From Candidatus Lustribacter sp. (lineage in GTDB: Bacteria > Vulcanimicrobiota > Vulcanimicrobiia > Vulcanimicrobiales > Vulcanimicrobiaceae), in NCBI GenBank assembly GCA_965277805.1, contig OZ255842.1, forward strand, positions 4,800,001 through 4,864,000: a DNA stretch of 64,000 bases, in the 5' to 3' direction. Below are positions 1-9,544 of this stretch, piece after piece (position 1 is the first letter of the stretch; every line of letters begins with the position of its first letter). A model generated the notes under the pieces. The model ran no database searches, was not told the origin of the DNA, and was given only the letters and a program-made list of their open reading frames with translations. Position numbers and translations under genes: made by a program.

Positions 1-1
1 G

Positions 2-1027
2 GGCGGAATGTTGGCCGATCGCTTCGGCGTGCGCCGGGTGCTCGTCGCCGCACTGCTGGTGTGGTCGCTGTTCACCGGACTCACCGCCCTCGCCGCATCG
101 GCCGGCGCGCTGATCCTGATCCGCTTTTGTTTCGGACTCGGCGAAGGCATCGAGAGCGGCGCGCACTTTCGCGCGCTCGGTGACACCTTCAATTCGCGCG
201 AGCGCTCGACGGCCAGCGGAATCTTACACACCTCGCTCGCACTCGGGCCGGCGATTGCCGCACCGCTGGCAACTGCCATCATCGGTGCATACGGCTGGCA
301 GGCGCTGTTCGTCTCGTTTGCGGTACCGGGCGTGATCGTGGCCGCACTCGTATGGGCGTTCTTCCCGAAGACGACGGGTCAACCGCGATCGCACGCCGTG
401 AAGACGGGCGGCAACCCGCTGCAGCGCGGGCCGCGTTTGTGGTCGATGTTCGCAGCGTACATGTGCTTCAACGTGGCCTTCTGGGGATTGGCGGGCTGGA
501 TGCCGTCGTATCTCTCGAGCGAGCGGCACATCGAACTCAAAGCGCTCGGCTTCGCTGCCTCGGTGCCGTATGTGTTCGGCTTCGCCGGGCTGCTCGTACT
601 CGGCTGGGTGGCGCGTACCGTGCTTTACGAACGCCGCGCGCAACTCGTCGCGGGCGCATACGTCCTGGCCGGCATCAGCCTGTTCGTCGCATTTCGGGCC
701 GGCGACGTCGTGATGTGCATCACGGGTCTTTCGGTCGCCGCGTTTTTCTTGTACGGCAGTTTCGCGCCGTTCTGGGCGGTTTCGCTCGATTTGGCGCCCG
801 AGGGTTCGCACGGCGCGCTGAGCGGATTCGTCAATCTCGGCGGCCAGATCGGCGGCTTCTTCGCGCCGATCGCCGTCGGCGCGTTCGTCGGGGCGACCCA
901 TTCGTATGCGGGCGGCTTCGCGCTGATGACGTGCGCGCTCATCGCCGGTGCGTGCGCGGTGTTGTTTGCGCAAGGTGCGTTGCGTTACAGCGATAGTGTG
1001 ACGCCCGCCATTACAATCGTGCAGTAA
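2..1027 (+). CDS. MFS transporter (ACS-like), 5' end outside window
   Basis: Open from window start; GxLADRFGxRR motif A, multiple hydrophobic helices, 'RFCFGLGEG'. Confidence 0.9.
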   Translation, partial: GGMLADRFGVRRVLVAALLVWSLFTGLTALAASAGALILIRFCFGLGEGIESGAHFRALGDTFNSRERSTASGILHTSLALGPAIAAPLATAIIGAYGWQALFVSFAVPGVIVAALVWAFFPKTTGQPRSHAVKTGGNPLQRGPRLWSMFAAYMCFNVAFWGLAGWMPSYLSSERHIELKALGFAASVPYVFGFAGLLVLGWVARTVLYERRAQLVAGAYVLAGISLFVAFRAGDVVMCITGLSVAAFFLYGSFAPFWAVSLDLAPEGSHGALSGFVNLGGQIGGFFAPIAVGAFVGATHSYAGGFALMTCALIAGACAVLFAQGALRYSDSVTPAITIVQ

Positions 1028-1085
1028 CGTCGGTTCGTACCGGACGAATATTATCAGCCCTGAACGCATCGTCAGCGCAGACGAG

Positions 1086-1763
1086 GTGATCGATATGCTG
1101 AATTTCTTTGGCGCAAAACCGAAGCCCGACTCATCGAAACTGAGAGCGAAACTGCCCGCGACGCACGCCTTCGTGACGTTCGTCGTGCGGGGAACCGGCA
1201 TCGAGGGCCGGCTCTGTTTCGAAGGCGCGAGCTTGAAGACGTTCCGGACGACGAAGATCGCCGGGATGACGCCCGGCCAGAGCGGCGTGTTCACCTACAG
1301 CAATCAGTTCGGCAAGTTCATGTTTACGGCGCGTCTGGTCTCGCTGAGCGACGATCAAGCGGTGTTCAATCTTCCCGATGAGATCAAGACGGTAGCGAGC
1401 GCTCCGGTGCCGGACCGGCGTGCCGAGGCGCGCATCGATACGACCGTGAGCGCGGAGTGGCGCTTCAAGCCGGTCGGGAAGATCGTCACTTCTTGGAGCA
1501 AGGTCGTGATCAGCGACCTCAGCCGCATGAGCGCGAACATGACCGCCGAGCGCGAATTCAAAGCACAGGACGTCATAGAAGTCCGCATGACCCTGGACGC
1601 TGCGCAGCCGGTGACGATCGACGCGACGATCGTGCGCTCGGAACGGGCCGGGAGCAAGTACAAGGTCGCCCTTGCCTTCCGGCACGTCAACGAAGAAGAC
1701 TCACACCAGATTACGCGCTTCGTGAACAAGCGCATGACGGAGCTGCGCGCCCGCGGCCTCTAG
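1086..1763 (+). CDS. PilZ-domain c-di-GMP receptor (YcgR/flagellar-brake-like)
   Basis: RRAEAR (RxxxR) followed by 'DLSRMSA' (variant of D/NxSxxG) and a C-terminal beta-barrel pattern; alternative ATG at 1095. Confidence 0.8.
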   Translation: MIDMLNFFGAKPKPDSSKLRAKLPATHAFVTFVVRGTGIEGRLCFEGASLKTFRTTKIAGMTPGQSGVFTYSNQFGKFMFTARLVSLSDDQAVFNLPDEIKTVASAPVPDRRAEARIDTTVSAEWRFKPVGKIVTSWSKVVISDLSRMSANMTAEREFKAQDVIEVRMTLDAAQPVTIDATIVRSERAGSKYKVALAFRHVNEEDSHQITRFVNKRMTELRARGL

Positions 1764-1820
1764 CGTCCCGATCGTCCCGCAGGGGTAGCACGCCTAGGGC
1801 GCCTTGAATGAGCGCCTGTT

Positions 1821-3023
1821 ATGAAGTGGCGGACCACGCTTTTTATCATGGTGGGCATCCAGGTGCTCAGCGTCGGCTCGTTTTTCTTTGCGCTGCCTTT
1901 CATACCGTTCCAAGTCGAGCAGCTCGGCGTGCACGATCCGGCTGCCGTGGATCTCTGGTCCGGCATCATCTTTTCCATCAACGCGCTGACCGGCGCGCTG
2001 TTCGCGCCGCTGTGGGGCGATGTTGCAGATCGCGTCGGGCGCAAGGCGATGGTGGTTCGTTCGAGCATCTTCGGCGGGCTGACGGCCGCGATGATGGCCT
2101 TCTCCCCGAACGTCTGGCTGCTCACGACGTCACGCGCGCTGATGGGCGTCGCGGGCGGCTTCACCAGCGCTGCGACCGCGCTCGTCGGGTCGATCGTGCC
2201 CGAATCCGAACTCGGCTTCGCCCTGGGCTGGATGACGACGGGGCAAATCGTCGGCACGCTGCTCGGGCCGCTGGTCGGCGGCGTGATCATCGACCGTTCG
2301 CACGACTACCGGTCGATCTACTTGCTCACGACGCTCGGAACGTGGACGTGTGCCTTTCTCTGCTGGCGCTTCGTGCGGGAAGACTTCGTGCGCGCGGTTC
2401 CCTCGTCGGCGCCGCGGGTGCCGATCTGGCGGCAGTTCGCCGCGATCGTGCGCGCGCCGGAGATGATGCCGATGTTCGCAATGCTCGTGCTGGGACAGGT
2501 CGCGATCCTCTCGACGACACCGGTGATCGCGCTCTACGTGCGCCAGCTGGTCGGACCATCGCCGCTGATCGGCGCGTATGTCGGCGCATCCTTCGCCGTG
2601 ATGGGCATCGCCGATCTCTTGGCCTCGCCGTTTCTCGGCAAACGCAGCGACAAGATCGGGTATCGCCGCGTATTGCTCATCTCGGTTGCCGGCGCGGCGA
2701 TTTGCACGGTTCCGCAAGCGTTCGTGCACGACATCCGATGGTTCTTGGCGTTGCGCTTCGGCGTCGGGATCTTTCTCGGCGGGATCATTCCGACCGCGAT
2801 CGCGTGGATCGGCCGGCAGTTTCCGGCCGAGCAGCGCGGGCGCGTGTACGGCGTCACGTACAGCGCGATGTTCCTCGGCCAGTTCGTCGGCCCGGCGTTC
2901 GGCGGTGCGCTTGCAGCGCGCTTCGGGATCGCATCGGTGTTTATCGCGACGAGCGCGTTCATGGTGCTGAACTTTATATGGGTTGCGCGCGGGGTGCGGG
3001 AGCAGAAGCCTGCCGAGGCATAG
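1821..3023 (+). CDS. MFS efflux transporter (DHA1, MdtG-like)
   Basis: 'PLWGDVADRVGRK' and 'LGKRSDKIGYRR' motifs; about 12 hydrophobic segments. Confidence 0.9.
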   Translation: MKWRTTLFIMVGIQVLSVGSFFFALPFIPFQVEQLGVHDPAAVDLWSGIIFSINALTGALFAPLWGDVADRVGRKAMVVRSSIFGGLTAAMMAFSPNVWLLTTSRALMGVAGGFTSAATALVGSIVPESELGFALGWMTTGQIVGTLLGPLVGGVIIDRSHDYRSIYLLTTLGTWTCAFLCWRFVREDFVRAVPSSAPRVPIWRQFAAIVRAPEMMPMFAMLVLGQVAILSTTPVIALYVRQLVGPSPLIGAYVGASFAVMGIADLLASPFLGKRSDKIGYRRVLLISVAGAAICTVPQAFVHDIRWFLALRFGVGIFLGGIIPTAIAWIGRQFPAEQRGRVYGVTYSAMFLGQFVGPAFGGALAARFGIASVFIATSAFMVLNFIWVARGVREQKPAEA

Positions 3024-3032
3024 AAGGTTCAA

Positions 3033-4034
3033 ATGATCAACGCGATTCGCATTCACCGCAACGGCGAACCGGACGAGATGCAATGGGAAGAGATCGAGCT
3101 TCCCGCGCCTTCGGCCGGCCAGGTACGCGTGCGACATACCGCAATCGCGCTCAACTACTCCGACGTCAACGTGCGGCGCGGCGGTTTCTACATCACCCCG
3201 CCGTCGGCGTTTCCGTTGATTCTTGGCAACGAGGCGGCGGGTGTCGTCGTATCCGTCGGCACCGGCGTCAGCACCGTCAAGCCCGGCGACCGGGTGGCGT
3301 ACGTCGGCGTCGGCGGGCCTTTTTACGAAGACACCGGGTCGTATGCGGAAGAGCGCAACGTGCCGGCTTCGTGCCTTATCAAGCTTCCGGCCGGGGTGAG
3401 CGAACATCAGGCGGCGGCCTTACTACTGAAGGGGCTGACCGCCTCGCTCGTGATCAATCGCATTCACCGGCCGAAGCCGGGCGAAACGATCCTCGTTCAC
3501 GCGGCGGCCAGCGGCGTCGGAACTCTCTTAACGCAGTGGGCGAAGCACCTCGGCGCCACCGTGATCGGCACGGTCGGCAGCAGCGAAAAAGCGGCGTTCG
3601 TGCGCGAGCATGGCTGCGACCACGCGATTCTCTATCGCGAGACCGACTTCGTTGCGGCGGTGAAGGCTATCGTTCCGGCCGGCGTGCACGCCGTGTTTGA
3701 CGGCGTGGGTAAAGACACGTTCATCGCGTCGTTCGACTGCACGCGGCCGTTCGGCATGCTCGTCAATTACGGGAATGCCTCCGGCCACGTTCCGCCGGTC
3801 GATCTGTTGCTGCTCGCCAAGAAGGGCTCGCTGTCGGTCTGCCGTCCGGCCTATAGTTCGCATGTTGCGGATCCGGACGACTATCGCGTTGCGTGCGATG
3901 AACTCTTCGATCTCGTGCAGCGCGGTGTGCTGCGCGTCGAAGCCGGCCGCAGCTACGCGCTGCGCGACGCCGCCGAGGCGCATCGCGATCTCGAAGCGCG
4001 CCGCACCGCCGGGTCAACCGTGCTCGTTCCCTAA
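3033..4034 (+). CDS. qor: NADPH:quinone oxidoreductase (zeta-crystallin/MDR family)
   Basis: 'LGNEAAGVV', 'LVHAAASGVG', 'VFDGVGKDTF', 'YGNASG' motifs; RBS-like GAAGG upstream. Confidence 0.9.
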   Translation: MINAIRIHRNGEPDEMQWEEIELPAPSAGQVRVRHTAIALNYSDVNVRRGGFYITPPSAFPLILGNEAAGVVVSVGTGVSTVKPGDRVAYVGVGGPFYEDTGSYAEERNVPASCLIKLPAGVSEHQAAALLLKGLTASLVINRIHRPKPGETILVHAAASGVGTLLTQWAKHLGATVIGTVGSSEKAAFVREHGCDHAILYRETDFVAAVKAIVPAGVHAVFDGVGKDTFIASFDCTRPFGMLVNYGNASGHVPPVDLLLLAKKGSLSVCRPAYSSHVADPDDYRVACDELFDLVQRGVLRVEAGRSYALRDAAEAHRDLEARRTAGSTVLVP

Positions 4035-4040
4035 CGCGCG

Positions 4041-4424
4041 TCATTTCGCGCGCACGCGGTTGTTTTTCGGCTTGTGCTCGAGCTCGACCAGGCCGAGCTT
4101 CTCGAGGACCGGCGGCACGTACATCGCAAACCGGCCGCGCAAGCCTTTCTTCAGGCCATACCAGCCGCCGGCGGGATTCTCCGGATCGCGGGCCCACGCT
4201 TCGAGCGTTCCGGGTGCCGCCGGCTTCTGTTCGTCGGCGCTGCCGAGTACGACCCAATCGCCGGCCGCCTTCAGGAACGCCGTTGCGTCCTCGATGCAGC
4301 GCAACTGATACCGCAGTTGCGTCTTCCCGACTTGCACGACCAGCGCCGGCGGATCGGCCTCGGCTTCGCGCCACGCCTCATATTCCGACGTGCCCGTGGG
4401 CGTTTTGAGCAGCCACTTGTCCAT
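4041..4424 (-). CDS. Conserved hypothetical protein (DUF6855-like)
   Basis: 'LKTPTGTSEYE...WYGLKKGLRGRF.MYVPP' recalled as a conserved small soil-bacterial family; start taken at MDKW. Confidence 0.7.
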   Translation of the reverse strand: MDKWLLKTPTGTSEYEAWREAEADPPALVVQVGKTQLRYQLRCIEDATAFLKAAGDWVVLGSADEQKPAAPGTLEAWARDPENPAGGWYGLKKGLRGRFAMYVPPVLEKLGLVELEHKPKNNRVRAK

Positions 4425-4469
4425 GGGGCAGAAGGTAACATAAATGTTACCAAGCCGCAATGGCCGCCA

Positions 4470-5414
4470 TTAGGTCGTAACGATGAGCTCGCTTGCGTCC
4501 ACGTGGCGCGTCAAGCCGCCGTACGTCAGCGCCGTGTCGAGCACGGGCTGGATCAACTGCGGTTCCAATGCGGTCGCGAAATTGACGCGGCGCATCTTGC
4601 GAATGAGCTCGACGTCGATCTTCGTGTACTTCGCGAGGATCGCCGCCGAGGCGTCGTGATGGCTGTTGGCCCAGCGCGCGGTCGTATAGATTGCGTCCGT
4701 CAGGCGTTTGGCAAGAGCCGGATTCGCGGTCAGCCAGCTGCGAGTTGAGAACCAGTCGCTGATCAGGAAGCGTTTGCCGACGGCGTCGTAGGGTGCCGCG
4801 AGCCGGCGCACTGCCGTTCCCGCGCTGCTTAAAAACGGTTCGCCGAAGTGCGCGCCCGCGACCGTGCCGCGCTCGAGCGCGGGCACCATTTGAATTGTCG
4901 GAAGTTCGATAAACGTGACCCGGGCGAGATTCGCGCCGTTCTTGACCAGCCAGGCCTTCACTGCCATGGCGCTCAGCGCCGTGATCGCAGGTACGGCGAT
5001 GGTTTGACCTTCGAAATCTTTGGCCACGCGGAAAGGAGCGTTGCCGGCGACGCAAAGCACCGTGCTCGGCGTCGCGGTTTCGTAGAGCCCACCGCCGGCG
5101 AAGACTGCCAACGGCAACCCGTGCACGACGGCATTGGCAAGTTCGGTCGCCTCGCCGAGCCCGACGTCGATTGCGCCGCCGATGCACGCCGCCGCTTGCG
5201 CGGCGCCATTCGGAAAGGTTTGAACTTTCGACGTTGAGTCCGGCGGCTGCAAACAGCCCGCCATCGACGCCGTATAAGCCCTCGCCGAACGTGTCGGCGA
5301 CGTTCTGACCGATCCGAATCGCCGGGCCCTGTTGCGCGCGCGCGAATCGTGGTGCAAGTGTGCCGGCGGCCGTGGCCGCAACAAACGCGAGCGACTGCCG
5401 GCGAGTAAGGCCAT
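4470..5414 (-). pseudogene. NMT1/SsuA-like ABC substrate-binding protein with Tat signal, frameshifted
   Basis: N-terminus (TRRQSLAFVAA...GLNVE) is in the 4447..5835 frame; C-terminus (VQTFPNGAAQ...) is in the 4470..5510 frame; switch at an A-run near 5226-5228 (minus strand). Confidence 0.75.
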
Positions 5415-5835
5415 TGCCGGTAACCTTTGCTGCGAGCGCGGCGAGGACGAGATCCCACGAGCGTTCGTAGCCGCCGGCGTTCGCGTCGTACGCGGCTTGC
5501 GGCGCAGCACCGCCGCCGTGACTCACGGTCACGCGCGTGCCGCCGTCGACCGCTTCGAACTCCACCTCGACGAACGTCGGCTGGTCCGGCCCCGTGCCGG
5601 GATACCAATCCAGCGCGAGCCGATGCGGTGGCGCAAAGGCACGCACGCGTCCCAACTGCACTTCCGTGCCGTCGGCCGCGCGTTCGAAGAACGGTCCGTC
5701 CGGTTCGATGCGAATGATGCTTGCATCGTCATCGGTGTGCCGGCGTTCGCTCGGCCACCACTCGCCCGCGCGTTGGGTGAATAGCGTGAAGGCGCGCTGC
5801 GGCTCGCAGCGCAGCACGATGCTCTTAACGATCAT
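5415..5835 (-). CDS. SRPBCC/AHA1-like domain protein (no stop before the SBP coding region)
   Basis: 'AFTLFT...WWP', 'PPHRLALDW', 'VEVEFEAVDGGTRVTVSH', C-terminal 'W..VL' helix; coupled to the upstream ArsR gene. Confidence 0.8.
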
Positions 5836-6125
5836 TCGCCGGCCAGCGTCTCGAGCCGTGCCAGCGCGACGTCCCAGAAGCTGTCGATGTAATCGCGCAC
5901 CGCGCGGAACCCTTTGAGCCGCACGGCATAGACGTTTTGCGTTCCACGCTCTTCCGGCACGACGAGCCCGGCATCTTGAAGCACCCGTAAGTGGCGTGAG
6001 ATCGCCGGCCGGCTGACATCGAAATGCAGCGCGAGCTCGCCCACCGGCAGCGGCGAGCGGCGCAGTTCGTTGAGGATTTCGCGCCGCAGCGGGTTTCCGA
6101 GCGCGTCGAGCGCGTGAACGTCCAT
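5832..6125 (-). CDS. ArsR/SmtB-family transcriptional regulator
   Basis: 'ALGNPLRREIL...SRPAISRHLRVLQDAGLV'; classic ArsR-SRPBCC pair. Confidence 0.92.
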   Translation of the reverse strand: MDVHALDALGNPLRREILNELRRSPLPVGELALHFDVSRPAISRHLRVLQDAGLVVPEERGTQNVYAVRLKGFRAVRDYIDSFWDVALARLETLAGE

Positions 6126-6244
6126 ACTACGCCAAATCGTAACACTCGCGTTACCGAGTTGCAAGGACGAGCCGGGTCTCGCGCGCCCGTCTTGAGGGCC
6201 TGTTCCGGCAGGACCGCTTTTAGGGTACCGGAACGGACCAGGCG

Positions 6245-7903
6245 ATGCTGCGCACTGGCGACCGGACGCAAGAGCGCCTCGCCCTGCTGGTTCGCGCGGG
6301 CGAGATGTTTCATCGTTCCCTCGAAGTCGAGGAAACGCTGGATAACGTCGCCCGGATGGCCGTCGAGTCGTTCTCCGACTTATGCTTGTTCGACTTGATC
6401 GACGAGCATTCAGACCGCCTCTACGTGACGGCCGGCGCCCACCGCGATCCCTCGATGGACGTGGTGCTCAAAAACGTCGGATCGTCGATTTTGTACGATA
6501 CGGAACTCGGCATCCATCCCGCCGTGCGGGTTTCGCAGTCGGGCAAGCCGTTCTTCGTTCCGGTGTTCGATGAGGCCGCGATCCATCAGCATGCAGCGTC
6601 GGGAAACCATGCCGCGTTCATGCGAAAAATGGGTTACCGGTCGAAGATCGTCGTCCCCGTCATCGCACAAGAACACATCTTCGGTGCGCTGAGCTTCGTG
6701 CGCACGGCCGACACCGTACCGTTCGACGAACAAGACGTCGATGCGGCGCAGGAACTCGGCCGGCGTGCCGGGCTGGCCGTCGCCAACGCGAAACAATTTC
6801 ATCGCGAACAGCACGTCGCCGCAACATTACAGCGTGCATTTCTGACGCAAGATTTTCCCGACCGCGAGAGGCTCGGTTTCCACGCCATCTACCGGCCGGG
6901 CAAAGGCGATGCCGAACTCGGCGGCGACTGGTACGACGCGTTCACCGTTGCCGACGGGTCCACGGTGATTACGATCGGCGACGTCACGGGTAAAGGCATC
7001 GAGGCCGCGCGCCTGATGGTGCAGTTACGGCAATCCGTGCGCGTGGGCGCATCGATCGACCCGGATCCCGGCGCCGTGTTACGGATCGTGAACGAGACGC
7101 TGCTGCTCGACCGCAGCCAAGCGATTGCGACGGCGTTTATCGGCTCGATCGCTCCCGGCGGCCGCACCGTGCGCTATGCCTCCGCCGGCCACCCGCCGGC
7201 ATTTTTGCGCCGCGACGACGGCACGCTGTTGCAGCTTTCCGGTTCCTCGCCGCCGGTGGGCATTCAAACCGGACTGACGTTCGATACAACGTCCCTGACG
7301 ATCGACGAACCCGCGACGCTGGTCTTGTACACGGACGGCGTAACCGAAGCGACGCGTGACGCGATCGCGGGCGAAGCCACGCTGCGCGCCGTCCTCGAGA
7401 GCAGTGCGTTCGGCGTTGCGGCCAATCCGGCGCGATTCGTCGAACGTGCCGTGGGCCGGAATCCATCGCAGGATGACGTCGCGATCATGACGGTTCGATT
7501 CGGAGATCGCCAGACGTTCTGCCAATGGGATTTTGCCGATCCCGCCGCGGCATACGCGATCAAAGGGAGCATCTTCGCGGCGCTCCGAGCGGTCGCGGAT
7601 TTTAGCGCCGAACAAGAACAAAATCTGCACGTGATCTTTAGCGAGCTCGTCGGCAATGCGGTGCGTCACGCACCCGGGGCCATGAGCCTTTCGATCTCGG
7701 CGCCGGGCGGGCGGCCGTGCTTGCACGTGATCGACGATGGGCCGGGATTCAGCCGGCGCCCGCAACTCCCGAACGACGTGTGGGCCGAGTCAGGGCGCGG
7801 ACTCTTTCTGATCTCGGCGCTGGCGGAAAAGCTGTCCATCGAACCGCTGGCAGGGTACGGTACGTACGTGAGCGTCGAATTGCGCTTTCAACCGCGTAGC
7901 TAA
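6245..7903 (+). CDS. GAF + SpoIIE (PP2C) phosphatase + HATPase_c anti-sigma-like domain
   Basis: 'GGDWYD', 'IGDVTGKG', 'SAGHPP', 'LYTDG', 'DDVA'; C-terminal 'SELVGNAVRHA...DDGPG...ESGRGLFL'. Confidence 0.92.
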   Translation: MLRTGDRTQERLALLVRAGEMFHRSLEVEETLDNVARMAVESFSDLCLFDLIDEHSDRLYVTAGAHRDPSMDVVLKNVGSSILYDTELGIHPAVRVSQSGKPFFVPVFDEAAIHQHAASGNHAAFMRKMGYRSKIVVPVIAQEHIFGALSFVRTADTVPFDEQDVDAAQELGRRAGLAVANAKQFHREQHVAATLQRAFLTQDFPDRERLGFHAIYRPGKGDAELGGDWYDAFTVADGSTVITIGDVTGKGIEAARLMVQLRQSVRVGASIDPDPGAVLRIVNETLLLDRSQAIATAFIGSIAPGGRTVRYASAGHPPAFLRRDDGTLLQLSGSSPPVGIQTGLTFDTTSLTIDEPATLVLYTDGVTEATRDAIAGEATLRAVLESSAFGVAANPARFVERAVGRNPSQDDVAIMTVRFGDRQTFCQWDFADPAAAYAIKGSIFAALRAVADFSAEQEQNLHVIFSELVGNAVRHAPGAMSLSISAPGGRPCLHVIDDGPGFSRRPQLPNDVWAESGRGLFLISALAEKLSIEPLAGYGTYVSVELRFQPRS

Positions 7904-7915
7904 AGGAGGCATATT

Positions 7916-8509
7916 TTGGATCGGGTGCTCCTCGTATGGTCGGACGTCGTTTGACCGTTTTGTTATCTCGGCTCGGTCTGGGTCGAAGAAGCGGCAAAGA
8001 AACTCGGCGTCACAACGCGGTGGCTGCCGTTCGAATTGCATCCTGAGGTGCCGCCCGAAGGCGCCGACAAGCCGTTTTCGGACGACGAGTGGCCAATGGT
8101 TCGCGCGCGGCTGATCGGTTTGGCGCAACGCGTCGGGCTGCCGATCGATCCGCCGCGGCGCAACGCCAATTCGCGGCTGGCGCTCGAGACGATGGAACTG
8201 GTGCGTTCGCGCGCCGGCGATGATGCGGCCGCCAGTTTCCATCACGCCGTTTCGCGCGCGTTCTTCGTCGAGGGCGCGAACGTTGCCGACATGGGCCTCA
8301 TCGCAGCCGAAGCGGCGGCATTCGGCATTGTGAAGGTCGACGTGGAGACGGCGTGGCAGCAGCATGACTTCGCCGGGGCCGTGGATGCGTCGATCGCGGC
8401 GTCGCGCGCGGCCGGCGTGCGGGGCGTGCCCGCCTACGGTTGGCCGGGGCAGCGCGCGATCAGCGGCATGATGGAGCCCGGCCAGATCATCGCAGCGCTG
8501 GGGGAATGA
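7916..8509 (+). CDS. DsbA/FrnE-family thiol oxidoreductase, probable selenoprotein (UxxC)
   Basis: AAGGAGG RBS 7903-7909, TTG start 7916; reads MDRVLLVWSDVV-[TGA 7952-7954]-PFCYLG...PFELHP...GVRGVP. The TGA sits where homologues have the first Cys of SDxxCPxCY. Confidence 0.85.
7968..7986 (+). promoter_or_regulatory. Candidate bacterial SECIS hairpin
   Basis: TCGGCTC-GGTCT-GGGTCGA: 7-bp stem (two G-U), G-first loop starting 21 nt after the UGA. Confidence 0.65.
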
Positions 8510-9531
8510 GGTGGGCGGCACTCGCGGTCGCTTCGGTGGGCGCCGGTTTTCTCGCGCAGGCCGGGCACGTTCCGGCAGCATGGCTGATCGGGCCGATGAT
8601 CGCCGCAATCGTTGCAGCAATCTCGGGATTCGGCCGAACGCTGCCGCGCTGGACGCTTGCCGCGCCGCAGGGCGTGATCGCGGTGACGATCGCACAGGTC
8701 TTCACGCTACCGGTGCTCGGTGAAGTCGCGCGCGACTGGCTGCCGATTCTCATCGTGGTCGTTGCAACGGTCGTCGCCGCCGGCACGGCGAGTTGGCTGC
8801 TCGCGCGCTACAGCCCGATCTCGGCGGCGACTGCCGCGTGGGGTTCATCGCCCGGCGCATCGGTGACGATGATCGCGCTCTCGGCCGAGTTCGGGGGCGA
8901 TCCGCGCGTGGTCGCGTTCATGCAGTATCTGCGCGTGACGCTGGTCGTGCTGTCGGCCTCGACGGTCGCGCATGTCGTGTTGGCGCATTCGCATGCGGTC
9001 GCCGCGCCGGCAGCGCCCGGGACGCAACCGTTCGCGCTCGTTCCGTTCGTTGCGACCTTCGCGTTTGCCGTCGCGGCTGCGTTCGCCGGGCGCATCTCGC
9101 GCGTTCCCGGTGCTCAGTTCATCTTTCCGCTGATCGCCGGCGGCGCGCTGCACGTCGCCGGGCTCTTGCCGATCGACGTGCCGTGGTGGCTGCTCGATGC
9201 GGCGTACCTCGCGGTGGGTTGGACGATCGGACTCGCGTACACGCGCGAGATCTTGCTGTTTGTCTGGAGCGTGCTGCCGACGCTGCTGCTCTCGACGCTG
9301 GTGTTGCTTGCAATGTGTGCGCTGGCGGGAGTGTTGCTGGTCGTGCTGGTGCACGTCGATCCGCTCACCGCGTATCTTGCGACGACGCCGGGCGGCCTCG
9401 ACTCGGTGTCGATCATCGCGCTCGGCAGCGGCAGCAACGTCGCGCTGATCCTCGCGATCCAAACGTTGCGGCTGTTCGCGGTCGTTGCCAGCGGCCCGCC
9501 CTTGGCAAAGCTGATCGGCCGCATCGCGTAA
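8506..9531 (+). CDS. AbrB-family (AbrB-duplication) membrane protein
   Basis: 'PAAWLIGPM', 'SPGAS..M', 'VAFMQYLR', 'ATTPGG', 'QTLRL'; ATGA overlap with the DsbA-like gene. Confidence 0.88.
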   Translation: MRWAALAVASVGAGFLAQAGHVPAAWLIGPMIAAIVAAISGFGRTLPRWTLAAPQGVIAVTIAQVFTLPVLGEVARDWLPILIVVVATVVAAGTASWLLARYSPISAATAAWGSSPGASVTMIALSAEFGGDPRVVAFMQYLRVTLVVLSASTVAHVVLAHSHAVAAPAAPGTQPFALVPFVATFAFAVAAAFAGRISRVPGAQFIFPLIAGGALHVAGLLPIDVPWWLLDAAYLAVGWTIGLAYTREILLFVWSVLPTLLLSTLVLLAMCALAGVLLVVLVHVDPLTAYLATTPGGLDSVSIIALGSGSNVALILAIQTLRLFAVVASGPPLAKLIGRIA

Positions 9532-9544
9532 CGAACCGCGAGGC

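Noticed and set aside
1025-1050. Sigma-28-like promoter before the PilZ gene (TAAC...GACGAATA)
   Set aside because: Several mismatches and off spacing versus TAAA-N15-GCCGATAA.
1808-3700. 630-aa ORF and similar long alternative-frame ORFs (e.g. 2130..3407, 38963..40126, 43116..45131)
   Set aside because: Arg/Ala-rich shadows of well-supported genes, expected at high GC; no recognisable motifs.
5226-5228. Programmed ribosomal frameshift in the SBP gene
   Set aside because: No slippery heptamer or clear stimulatory structure; an indel is more likely.
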